Source: Squalus acanthias (lineage: Eukaryota). Taken from it: a stretch of 64,000 nucleotides of DNA. Under the pieces are notes generated by a model. It did not search any database, was not told the DNA's origin, and saw nothing but the letters and a program-made list of their open reading frames with translations. The DNA lies in contig CM059432.1 of the NCBI GenBank assembly GCA_030390025.1, forward strand, positions 30,258,001 to 30,322,000. The letters are read 5' to 3'. The translations under genes were made by a program, and so were the position numbers. Positions 38,631 to 50,432 of this stretch are shown in pieces (the first letter of the stretch is position 1; each line of letters starts with the position of its first letter).

Positions 38631-38843
38631 CAGCCTGACTTGGAAGTATATCGCCGTTCCTTCATCGTTGCTGGGTCAAAATCCTGGAACTCTCTTCCTA
38701 ACAGCACTGTGGGAGTACTTCACCACACGGACTGCAGCGGTTCAAGAAGGCAGCTCACCACCACTTGCTCAAGGGCAACTAGAGATAGGCTATAAATGCT
38801 GGCCTTGCCAGCGATGCTCACATCTCATGAATGAATAAAAAAA
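38631..38843 (+). mobile_element. Short CR1-like 3' end nested in the CR1
   Basis: Homologous to 1207-1411. Ends AATGAATAAAAAAA. Confidence 0.8.
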
Positions 38844-40432
38844 GAGATCAATAGATTTTTGAATATCCAGGGAATCAAGGGATATGGGGATAGTGCAGGA
38901 AAGTGGAGATGAGGTAAAAGATCAGCCATGATCTTATTGAATGGCAGAGCAGGCTCGAAGGGCCAAATGGCCTACTCCTGCTCCTATTTCTTATGTTCTT
39001 ATGACCCCACAAAGATCATTGGCCCCACAGTCTCTGCCCCATTTTTGGTGCAGTCTGCAGTAGTCACTTTGAGGACCACTGGTTAGGCTGCTCCAGGCCC
39101 TGTACTGGATGGAACATGAGCAGCGCATGCTCTGCCCGTTGGTACTGGAAAATCCCGTCATTGTCCAACAACCGGCGTAGGACCCTGATTTAAATATCAC
39201 CTTTCTGGCCAGTAAAGCCTGTTTTGCACTGGAGCATGGCTGCCCATTTCAAGATCCGCTCAAAAATCAAGTTGGGCGTGTGAAGGAATACGCCATATTC
39301 AGAAAAATACACCATCCTATGACAAAATTTTGACTTTATTAAAACATGACAAACTGGGCTTAAAGATCTGGAAGCCTCAACAATCTAAAGCTGCGAACAG
39401 CATACAGGCTTTTGAGATAAGATAAGTTGTTGACACTGAAACAATAGCCTCGTTGAAACAGAAGGTTAGAGGTTCCTGGAAGTCTGAAGCTTGGAAAGAA
39501 AACAATGGTATACCCAGTTAAAGGTGTCTTAAACCAACACTTTGAAAAGAATCAAATAAGATTAAAGAAACATATGCCTTCGTAAAAATGACATCAAATA
39601 GATGCACCTGTTACAACCGTTTTTTATGATAAGCTTGAGACACCTACACAGCAGACATAATTCTTAATGCAACCAACTGAGGTAACTAAGAAGACAATGG
39701 CGCATCCAATTGAGGTGTTCTAAATGCAAAAGATACAAACAGAAGACCCTCATAATATCCGGAAGGTTACAGTCTAGCTAAACTTATTAAAAGTGCTATC
39801 TGGAGGACGGTAACATCTTCAGGCTATTCCTTTCCTTTAGGGAGAGATAGTCTGGACCTTTAGACCCAATTAAGTGTCTGGGGAATACGCCTGATCCGGG
39901 GTAGCCCAAAAGGGGCTAGGACTAGTAATAATACCTTCAGGCGGGCTTCGCGTGCGATTCCAGCAGGAGGCTTAAGAAAAAATTCTTCCACTACCCCCTC
40001 ATTCACAATGAAAAAAAGGACAGTAGTGAGATGAAATTTGCCCCACCTCTCTTAGATTCATCTCCTCCATGAGATCCACTGCCAGTTCCTATCCCAATCC
40101 AGTTCCTGATCACTCAACTATTTTTCTTTGGCCTGATACTTGTTGACATTTTCAACTGCTCCCTTTCCTGACATTATTGCCATGTTGAAAACTACCATCA
40201 CTGTCCCCTCTTAAAAGCTCATCCTTGACTGCTTCGTTGTCTGCAAGTATTGCTCCATTTCTAACCTTCTTAAACTCTTTTAATGTGTCTTCACGACCCA
40301 ATTCCACACCCAACTTAGCCATCACACCTTGGTGAGTGATTTATGAATGTGGAAAGGAATAGAGCTGGATCCAAAAAAAAACTTAGCGAGATAAATACTG
40401 CAAATAAAGTCAGTGACACACAAAGGGACTTG

Positions 40433-40820
40433 TAAGAACATAAGAACATAAGAAATAGGAGCAGGAGTAGGCCATACGGCCCCTCGAGCCAGCTCTGCCA
40501 TTCAATAAGATCATGGCTGATCATTGACCTCAACTCCACTTTCCCGCCCGATCTCCATGTCCCTAGATTCTCCTAGAGTCCAAAAATCTATCTATCTCAG
40601 CCTTGAATATACTCAAAGACTCAGCATTCACTGCCCTCTGGGGCAGAGAATTCCAAAGATTCACAACCGTCTGAGTGAAGAAATTCCTCCTCATCTCAGT
40701 CTTAAATAGCTGACTCCTTATCCTGAGACTATGCCCCCTAGCTCTAGTCTCTCCAGCCAGGGGAAAAAAACTCTCAGCATCTACCCTGTCAATTCCCTTC
40801 AAAATCTTGTATGTTTCAGT
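40433..40820 (-). mobile_element. CR1 LINE 3' end
   Basis: GIDRVDAESFFP...TRARGHSLRI...NLWNSLP. (TAAGAACA)n tail. Confidence 0.88.
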
Positions 40821-41052
40821 ATATTTGTCTAACCTAACAAGTGGTGTCCAACAGTAAGAACCTGAATTGACTGCGCATGCACAGTCTTTGTATCGCTGAG
40901 ACTATTCCACTCATCTCAATATACAGGGCAGACTACTGATGTTAAACATCAGTAGTCTGCCCTATATATTGATGGGATAAACCAACTGACAGACCCCTGA
41001 AATCTTCTTGCGGACCCCCAAGGGGCTGGGGACCCCCGGTTGAGAACCCCAG
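40821..41052. mobile_element. hAT-like non-autonomous fragment containing a 57-bp palindrome (40916-40972)
   Basis: The right end GGTTGAGAACCCCAG resembles hAT/Charlie termini. The palindrome is directly visible. Confidence 0.5.
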
Positions 41053-41110
41053 CTCTAACACACCCACAACACCAAGGCAACCTAGGTCAAAGTCACCAAT
41101 GAAATACTAT

Positions 41111-41729
41111 GGGCTGGATTTTGAATGACCCATGGAGTCGGGTTTGGATTCGTGTGGGGGGTTAAATTTGCAGGGTCGGGGTTTCCAACTCCATCCCGAC
41201 TCCATCCCGCCTTCACGTAATTTTGACAAAATCAGTCGCGGGGTTCCCGACTCCATCCCACCTCCAAGAGGCGGGAGAGGCCATTAAAGCCCTTAACAAG
41301 CTCTAAATTGGCTCTGTAATGCCATTTTGAAACGTTTTAGCTAGTTTAACCCTTTTCTGACGTGAAGTACGCCTGGTGTGAAACACTCCAGTGAAATCTG
41401 GCGGTCTCGGTCTCGGTCTCTCTCTCTCTCTCTCTCTCTCCCTCCCTCCCCCCAATATTTTGCATCCAGGTCCACTCACATCAAAAGCAAGCCAGGCAGG
41501 TCCTCTCTCACCAACAGTCTCTGAGACTAGGCAGTCAGCAATGATGACATCATCAGAGGCGACTTTCAGACTGAAACCACTAATTGTTTCATGAGTTCCC
41601 ACATGCTGGAACTAAATTGCCCAATTAAGTGAAAATTGCATCATTCATCCACATTAATCTGGAGTCGGGGGGGAAACACGAAATGCAGATTACACGACCC
41701 CAACCCGACCCCAAGACAAATTCCAGCCC
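41111..41729. mobile_element. MITE derived from Harbinger family C, in opposite orientation to 35954
   Basis: TIR GGGCTGGATTTT/AAATTCCAGCCC. TSD TAT. Confidence 0.9.
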
Positions 41730-41872
41730 TATGTGACTGTAGCCACAACTGATTTTCCTTCCTCAACGGCACAATAGCACTCCATCCCCTTCCACATTCA
41801 CTGCTCTGCTCCACTGCCTTCTTATGGTTTCATTCCTTCCTGACCTTCAGTAGCTAGCACATCTGTTACAAT

Positions 41873-42639
41873 GGGGCAGAAATTAGGCTCGCCACGGGTG
41901 AGTACGCACTATGTACTCACCCGTGGATGGAACGAAAGTGCCGGTTTCTTGCATGCACTGCGCATGCGCAGGAAACCGGCACTTCCGTTCCCCTGAAGGA
42001 AGGGCTTCAGAGGTCGATTGCGCACGCCGGAGGGCCAGCACGTTTGCCTCGCACTTCGGGTTTTTTTTACAGGTTCCTCCGTGAGAGTAAGCACGGAAAA
42101 GATACACATTGAAAAAGGAGGCGCAAGGCCTTCTTTTAACAAGGTAAGTGTTGATTTTATTAAAATTTAAAGATTTTTTTCACAGATTTATCTTTTTTAA
42201 TTACTTTAAAGAAAGGTAAGTTTAGTTTTAACCCCGTTAAAAAGTGTAATTAATTTTTTCAAAAATTTACATTTTTGTTTAAATTAGTTAATTAATGTAA
42301 TTTACAGTTATTTTAAAAAAGTGATGGTTTTTTAAAAATTTATTTGTAGTTTTAGGGATGTTTTGGGGCCGATCTGTATTCATAGATTTGACAGGTCTTC
42401 CTGTCAAATCTATGAATGAAAGATGGTCTGCTGCCATTGGCTCTCCATGGCCCACGTGATCCCAGGGGACGCATCGCACTAACTGCGCCCCTGGGATATG
42501 CAAGCACTGCGCGCCGGCAGTTGGAGGAGGCCCAGGACCCGATTTCCTCGTGGGCCCAGGGGTCAACCGCAGACGCGGTAGGTAGGTGCGCGCGCGATCC
42601 TTGCACCCGCGGGAAGCCAGGGAGCCGAATTTCTGGCCC
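41873..42639. mobile_element. Harbinger-type MITE, CpG-rich
   Basis: TIR GGGGCAGAAATT/AATTTCTGGCCC. TSD AAT. Confidence 0.9.
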
Positions 42640-44454
42640 AATATGTTCGCTGCTCATAAAACTGAGCTGATCTTCAAAACTCACCAAGACCTTCTGTATC
42701 CACATGCATACTATCACCCTTCATGGAATCTGAACCCCTAGCCAGTTCCTCTCGCACCTCCAGATTTGGCTTCTCCAATGCTCTCCCTACCAGCCTCCTA
42801 AGCTCTACCCTAGAAAGTTCCTACACATTCAGAACTCTGCCACCCACATCCTATATCATTCCATCAAATTCATCTATCATTCATCTCCTTGTAAACCTCC
42901 AACAGTGTCTCATTCTATGTAATGCCCCAGCAAATTGGTCTCAGAATCCTTCCAAGTTACAAAATCCATTCAATAAGTTCATGGCTGCTCTTCGACCTCA
43001 ACTCCACTTTCCCGCCTGATCCCCATATCCCTTGATTCCCCTAGAGTCCAAAAGTCTATCTATCTCAGCCTTGAATATACGCAACGACTCAGCTTCCACA
43101 GCCCTTTGGGGTAGAGAATTCCAAAAATTCACAACCCTTTGAGTGAAGAAATTCCTCCTCCTCTCAGTCTTAAATGGCCGACCCCTTATCCTGATACTAT
43201 GCCCCCTAGTTCTAGACTCTCTAGGCAGGAGAAACAACCTCTCAGCATCTACGCTGTCAATCCCTCTCAGAATCTTATATGTTTCAATGAGATCACCCCT
43301 CATTCGTCTAAACTCCAGAGAATATAGGCCCAATCTACTCAATCTCTCCTCATAGGACAACCCTCTCATCCCAGGATCAATTTAGTGAACCTTCGTTGCA
43401 CCGCCTCTAAGGCATGAATGTCGTTTCTCAGATAAGGAGACCAAAACAGAAGATTAAAGTCCCCCATGACTATTGTATTATCTTTGTTACAAGCTCCTGT
43501 TATTTGTTGATTAATACTCTATCCAATGGTAGCTACTGTTTGGAGGTCTATAAACTACACCCACCAGTGTTTTCTAGCCCTTGTTATTTCTTATCTCCGC
43601 CCATACTGATTCTACTTCCTGATCTTCCGAGCCAAGCTCCTTTCTCACGACTGTCCTTATGTCATTCTTTATTATCAGGGCTACCCCACTCCTTTTCCAT
43701 TCTGCCTGTCTTTTCTAAGCACCAAGTACCCTGGAATATTTAGCTCCCAACCATGGTCACCTTGCAACCACGTCTCTGTAATGGCTATTAGATTAAAGCC
43801 ATTTATCTCTATTTGTGCCACTAATTTGTCTATCTTGTTACGTATGCTTTGTGCATTCAGATAAAGAGCCTTTAATTTTAACTTTTTACCATTATTCCCT
43901 GCTTTCACCTTATTCGCTGATGCACTTTTACTGTTAAACTCTCTGGGGGGAAAATTTGGTTGGTTTGTGTCTCCTGTTAGTGCCCTAAGAGGGCGCAAAT
44001 GGGGCGCAAAGCAACTAGCGCCCAGGCGCGGCGATGTTTGCACCGCTCGTGAAATTGATTAGTTTTTGTGGCGGCACAAAAGTTTAGCGTCCCGATCTCC
44101 TGCGCCCGCCGATCATGATGTCAGTTGAGCGTGCAACGCCCTGGTGGCGCCCCGGACCGGATATTGAGTGGCGCCCCCCTCCTTTCCGCCTGCCACAAGC
44201 AACGACAGGGAGACTGGAATGTTTCCCAGTCAGTGAGGGGCTGGGGGGGCGCTATTTAAAGGTGCCCTCTTCCTGCCTTTTTCTGTGGTAGACATTTTTG
44301 CACCACTCATTCTGACAGGGAGAGAGAGATTCTGAGATAGAGACAGAGACTTCTGCATAGAGTCAATGCTGTGTGAAGTAGTTTTGGCTACTGAGCATCA
44401 CTTTGCAGGTACTTTTGGATTTGACCTTCATTACTTCGATTGCCAAGAGACTTA

Positions 44455-46626
44455 GGGGGCTGCACTGATTCGGGGCGTCATCCTGCGCCTGCAGAATCGG
44501 AGGCAACAGAGACGCAGAGAGAGAGTGGCAATCATGGCCAGACAGAGGAGGGCCAACAGGCCTCTGCACAGGAGACCTTACCCTCCAAGGGTATTCCGGG
44601 AACAATTCTCCTACATTCATTTGTCTGAGGAGCAGTGTTTGTGCAGGCTGCGCTTCAGCAAGGAGGTGGTCACTGAGCTCTGCCACCTGCTGCAGCCAGA
44701 TCTGCAGCCTCTACTGAGAACCAGGACGTCTCTGTCGGTGGCAGTGAAGGTCACAGTGACTCTGAATTTTTATGCCACCGGCTCCTTTCAAGCAGCTACT
44801 GGGGACATCACCAATATCTCCCAGTTCGCGGTCCATTGCTGTATCCGTCAGGTCACAAATGCCCTGTATAAAAGGAAACGCCAGTACGTCTCTTTCCCGA
44901 TGACCCGGGCCAAACAGCATGAACGCGCATTGGGCTTTGCGAGGATAGCAGGCTTCCCCATGGTGCAGGGCGCCATTGACTACACGCATGTGGCATTGCG
45001 GGCACCGCATGAGAATGCAGAGGTTTTCCAAAACCGCAAGGGGTTCCACTCCTTAAACGTCCAGTTGGTCTGTGACCACAGACAGCTGATACTGTCAATG
45101 CCCACTATCCTGGCAGCAGCCACAATGCTTTCATCCTGCGCCAGACTGGTGTGCCAGACCTTTTCCAGGCACCGCATCAGCCAAGTGGTTGGCTCCTCGA
45201 GGACAAGGGTTATCCACTCTGCACCTGGCTGATGACACCGCTCCGTAACCCCAACACCCCTGCTGAGCTGCAGTACAATGAGAGCCATCTCGCCACCAGG
45301 AACATCATTGAGCAGACGATCGGCATGCTCAAGCAACGGTTCCACTGTCTGGACCACTCAGGAGGAGCCCTGCAGTACTCGCCTGAGCGAGTCTCCCTCT
45401 TCATAGTTGTGTGCTGCATTCTTCATAACCTGGCAATCCTCAGGACCCAGCCAATGCCACCAGGCCTTGGAGCACCACCGGAGGAGGAAGAGGAGGAGGA
45501 AGAGGAGGAGGAAGAGGAGAAAGAGGAGGAGGATGATCAGCAGCAGCACCAAGGCGGGAGTGGGGCCCACAATGTTGAAACTGGAAGGGCCGTCCGTCAA
45601 CGACTGATAAGATCGAGACTCATGCTCACCACTCGTGATAACTCGGAGAATTCCGAAAACTCTGCTCGGATGTTTTTACCGCAGCACCTGATCACCCACG
45701 TGTTGATCAGGGGTCTCTGTACCCCACTTGTTTACCTCGTTTCTGCTCCGGCTAGCAGGCTGGACCGTCTGCTGTCATGAAGATCTGTGTTGTCCTCGGA
45801 GTTCCGACTCTACTCAAAAAAGAGTCTTCCTGTGCCCTCGCACTGATGCGATAAAATTCGAAGAATAGTCTTCCGATGCCAGTTCTGTAAAGCTCAAAAG
45901 ATAGTCTTCCTGGGCAAGGAAAATGTCTATTCGACCTACAGGCGCGGTCGGGGCTTACTGACCGTGGCGATACGTATGGTCGTCTTCTTCTCTTCTCATC
46001 TCATCTCATCTCATCTCATCTCATCTCGGGCCTTTGGTTCCAACACCGTTTACCGACTTCTCGGGATGGTGTGCCCGTTTCAAGGCTTCACAGCCCAGTT
46101 CCACACAGATCTTCGCGGCAAGCCACGAGGCTGATCCTGGCGGATCAGAAAGTTCGATAGTCTTTGAGAGCTGCAAGAGGCAGGAGAATAAGAGAAAGAT
46201 GGACGGTTGTAGTTTACAGTTATAGTGCTGAAACTCTTCTTTTCCCGCCCAACCTTAATGTCTTTTCTTTTGTTAGGGTTTTGGCGCTCAAACTTCTTGT
46301 ATAGGGTGATCTCCGTTTAATGGGTTTCGGTGATACTTGTAACTGCCTGAGTACCTGTTAATACTTTTCCCATTGTGTAACCGGTCAGTATTCTCCCTGG
46401 AGGGGTTTTGGGGCTTCCAAATGTTTTCAGTAAGTACCCGCAAACGGCTCTCTCATCGTAGAGTCGTGGGGATTTTGCATATTAATGTCTTTGGATGGGT
46501 TCTTGATCGCTTGGTACAATAGCCCTTATTCGCACCTGGGAGACCGATTTCAGTATTTATGTGTATACTGCAAACCCATAATGTCTTGTGTATTATCTCA
46601 AATGTGCTGAGTCAAGCCGCTTCTAG
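44455..46626 (+). pseudogene. Harbinger B2 transposase: start codon lost, deletion near 45093, insert just before the stop
   Basis: ORFs 44525-45232 and 45151-45780 carry the two halves of the DDE domain. Confidence 0.9.
45610..46612. other. Unidentified 1003-bp CpG-rich insert, possibly an antisense LTR fragment
   Basis: Absent from copies 1 and 3, where the site reads CT(G/A)ATA-G-CAAGCC. Contains (CATCT)n and three AGTCTTCC repeats. Confidence 0.6.
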
Positions 46627-46936
46627 GCCCCGACTCAGGAAATGGCTTCTGCCATGGAGAACAACATGAATGAAAGCAACCCGCAACCCCAAAGCCGGCC
46701 AAGGCAGCAATGATTCCAAAGGACAAACCTGTACATTTTGAATACAAAAACTTTTTTATTTTACAAACTCTGTGTGTGTCATTTTTTCATGACAAACTAA
46801 TAGAAACAAACACAAAAAAATAATTAATTAACACAACTGGTTCTCACAATCTGGAGATAATGGCCAAAACACTAAACAAAAGTTTGAACATGAACCTCGC
46901 CTTAATAAAAATATTGTCAACATTTCGTCACACCTC

Positions 46937-48696
46937 CTACTTTTTGCCCTTCGAGAGTGATCTCCTTCCCTTGCGCACTTCCCCCCTTCCCACCCTACTG
47001 CTCCTCCGTAATGCGGCCCCAGTGGCTGCAGCAAGGCTGGTGAACGGCTGCTGATTGTCAAAACCTGAGACTACAGATGCCCTTGAAGGACGGCCTCGAC
47101 CAGCTCTGGACCTGGAGGGCCCGGCTGCAGACTGCACCAACTCTGCATGGGCGGCAGCAGTCTGGGCTACAGGCGGTGGCAAGTGCAATGGGGAAGTGAC
47201 AGTGGTGTCAGCAGGAATGCTGTCATCTTGAGAGAGGACAACACCTCCCTGCTCAACCGACACACTGCACGGGGCAGCACCTCAGCTTCCGGAGCAATCT
47301 GCTGGAGCACAGATTGCTGGCCTGCTGCAGCGCGGTGAGAGCCCCGGGGAAATGTGTCCAAACCAGCGACAATGGCAGCAGTCAGTGCTTGCGTGGCCTC
47401 AATCTGAGACTGCATGAGACCAGTCTGAGATTGGATCACGGCAGCCAGTGACTGAATTGCAGCACTAAGCATTTGCGTGGCATCCGCCTGTGCTACAGCG
47501 TAGTGCTCCACACTCCTTGCCAGTGCATCAATGCTTTCGGGCACCCTTCCCACTGCACCCATGAGCTCAGTGTGCATGTCCACCGCTTGGGTGTTCATTT
47601 CAGCGATGAGCCGCTCCTCCTCTGCGTCCAGTGCAGCAGGACTCGCTGGCCTACTCTCCCTCCGGGGAGAAGGCCCCCAAGCTTCCCTAGCCACATCGCG
47701 TTACTGCAGCCCGCTGGGTCCCGGAGCTTCACCCTCATCAGACCCTTCCCCCCTGCTCCCCTCCAGGGAAGACGTGGTCCCAGTGTGAGCATGGGCTTCC
47801 TCGGGAGAGGGTGGCGCTGAGGCTCCGGCTTCCTCTTCCTCCTCGCCTGCAGCTTCACTCCCACTGGCAGCTTGAGGGCCCATCTCCTCAGCTGGTGAAT
47901 CACCATCTGAAAGCAGGGAGGTACAAGAGTGGCTTTAGCGTGAAGACAAGGGGGCCAGTAAGTGAGGAAGGAGTGCAGCGATTTAGTAAGTTGGATTGAA
48001 AGTGTCAAAGGCTGGTGTTGTGAGGGGCAAGTGGAATGAGAGAGGAGAGAAAGCTGATGACCTTACCATTGCTGTCCCGAACGGGGTCGACCTCTCCAGG
48101 GGCGACGGGACCGATCACCTGGCTTGCCACAATCCTGTGGACGCGTGCCTCAAGATCGCTGAGGGGTTGCAGCTGAGGCCGCCCTCCACCCGTCCGTTGC
48201 TGCTGTCTCCTGTTATGAGATAGCTTGGCCTGCAAGAAAAAGGACGGCGTCTGAGTAAATATACAGCCATGGTCTTGCCTGATGTGCCTCCCATAGTTGA
48301 ATAGCCCTTACTGTATGCAAGGTGTGGAATGTGCGTGTGTGTTTCATGAGAGGGCCATAGGTGTTGGATGAGTGTTGGGCATTGGGGTTTTAAGACCCTC
48401 TGGCCATAGAGTGAGGTTGAAATGGAGGGATGGAGTGGTATTGAAAAAAAGCCACTCACCCTGATGACCCGAGTGAGGTCGTTGAACTTTTTGCGACATT
48501 GAATATGGGTCCTGGTCACCATGCTCCTGGAGGAGACGTGCTGAGCCACCTCCCTCCACACTCTTCTGTAGTCGCGCAGCAAAGGCCTCCTGCCACTCTC
48601 AGGGTAGATTATAGATCTTCTGCGCTCCACCGCGCCAACCAGTGCTTCCAAGGCCCGCTCGCTGAAGCGCTGAGCTCGTTCTCTCACCCTCTCCAT
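46937..48696 (-). pseudogene. Harbinger B2 Myb/SANT-like gene, frameshifted in exon 3
   Basis: Same exon structure as copy 1. Exon 3 is broken over ORFs 47701-47883, 47167-47694 and 46937-47263. Confidence 0.87.
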
Positions 48697-50432
48697 AGTC
48701 CTTGGCACAGTTCTCTCCAGGCCGAGATTCAAGGCTCCAATGAGCAGGGTGTGGCTGGAGAGCAAGATTGACCCTGCCCTTTAAGAACTGGCCGGCGCCA
48801 GTGTGTCTGTGTTCCATCGCTAACTGACATCACCTGCGCTGCGCCCGCGCTCTGAGTTAGCGCCTCGCTCCTCGGCCTTTGCGCCTTAAGGCAGGTGTGC
48901 AGTGCCTGATTTAGCGCTCCAATCACCTCCGGGGCGATAAAAGCCAAGTTTGCAGTCGAAGGTGATAATTAGCACCAGGCGCTAAACTTTGCGCCCGGCC
49001 GATAATTGCGCCCCAAACTGGGCGATACCGAATTTCTACCCATCTGTCCCTTCCTGTCACACTCTGCTTATCTTTACCCAAATCGCTACACTGCTCCATT
49101 GCCTTGACTTTTCTTTTTACATTTCTAAATTTCCCCTCTCGTGACCCCTCCCCCCACCCTCCTTTTTAGTTTAAAGCCCTATCTCCAGCCCTAGTTATTC
49201 GATTCGCCAGGACACTGGTCCCAGCCTGGTTTAAGTGGAGACCGTCCCAACGAAACAGCTTTCTCTTTCCCCAGTACTGGTACCAGTGCCCCATGAATTG
49301 AAACCCCTTCCTCCCACACCACTCTTTGAGCCACGCATTTAAACCTCTGATCTGCTTCTCCCTATGCCAATTTGCGAGTGGCTCAGGTAACAATCCAGAG
49401 ATTATTACCTTTGAGGTTCTGCTTTTTAATTTGGACCCTAGCTCCTCAAACTCTCTCAGCAGAACCTCATTCCTAGTTCTACCTATGTCGTTGGTTCCTA
49501 CATGGACCATGACAACTGGATCCTCCCCCTCCCACTCCAAATTCTTCTCCAGCCGCGAAGACATATCCTTAACCCTGGCACTGGGCAGGCAACTCAGCCT
49601 TTGGAACTCCTGGTCGCGGCTGCAGAGGACAGTATCTATCCCCCTGACTATACTGTCCCCTACCACTATAACATTCCTTTTCACTCCCCTCACTTACTGC
49701 ACAGCACTACTATAGACAGTGCTTGTGCCCATTGCTGTCATGTAAATGAGACAGGAGGAGTATTCTTATCCTTCCACCACTATTTCCTGCTGCAACATCC
49801 ATGGGACATCCAAACACAGGGGCCCAGCTGCAAGAAGAAGAGGACAAAAGGTAAGGCCCAAATTTATTTTCCTCATTCTGCAGTGAAATAAAACAAAAGG
49901 AATGTCAAGAATTATCACTATATTGCATAATTACATAGGGAAGTGTCATCTCTTGCACGTGAGAGTTGGTAGCCTGCTTTATCACATTACATACAGGTCC
50001 ATCAATTCCAGTAATTCCCCTATCTTCAGTACAATCTATAACTTAACATCCTAGTCAGACTGTTTTGCACATGGCTACATATACTTCAGTCGCATATTCG
50101 CCCTCGCTCTCTACCTTGGCTCAAATCAGAGAATAACTCTTCATTTCAGTACATATTGTTTAACATCGAGCAGTCCTGGGTGGCCATACCATGACCTGAC
50201 ATCCTCTTTGTACATTATCATATATGGGTATACCTGAAAAAATATTGCAAGTAAATCATTCGAGTTATGTTCTCACTATTCCTACTTGTATAAATTGCAC
50301 AAACTTATATAATTACAGTCATCCATTTTCATGGCCAAGGCACAGGCTACAGAATAGCAAACACTTGGATTGAATGTCAAGACTGAAATCAGAAAAGAAG
50401 ACTGCTGAACTGGGTGCATAAGCTGAAATATA

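Larger units (their letters stand above)
33885..39003 (+). mobile_element. Near full-length decayed CR1 LINE (esterase ORF1, EN-RT ORF2) with four nested inserts
   Basis: VVGDSIV, LYLNAQSIRNK, MGDFN, KSPGPDG, NYRPVSLT, LDFQKAFDKVPH, GVPQGSVLGP and FADD. (TTCTTATG)n tail. Confidence 0.93.
43945..49042 (+). mobile_element. Harbinger family B copy 2, more diverged, both genes frameshifted, carrying a 1-kb insert
   Basis: TIR GGGGGGAAAATT/AATTTCTACCCA. TSD TCT. Collinear with copies 1 and 3. Confidence 0.95.
42985..49692 (-). mobile_element. CR1 LINE pieces (3' end 42985-43445, EN 43450-43944, ORF1 esterase 49043-49692) split by Harbinger B2
   Basis: LSYEERL...RGDLIE; LYLNAQSIRNK...AITETWL; GDSIVRG...VGTNDIG...DGLHLN. 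Confidence 0.88.

Noticed and set aside
49745..49856. Possible host exon ending at AAAG|GTAAGG (donor at 49851)
   Set aside because: The acceptor is weak, the peptide is unrecognisable and no partner exon was found. It would need RNA-seq.
49995..50233. Possible minus-strand exon bounded by AG and GT
   Set aside because: All three frames contain stops.
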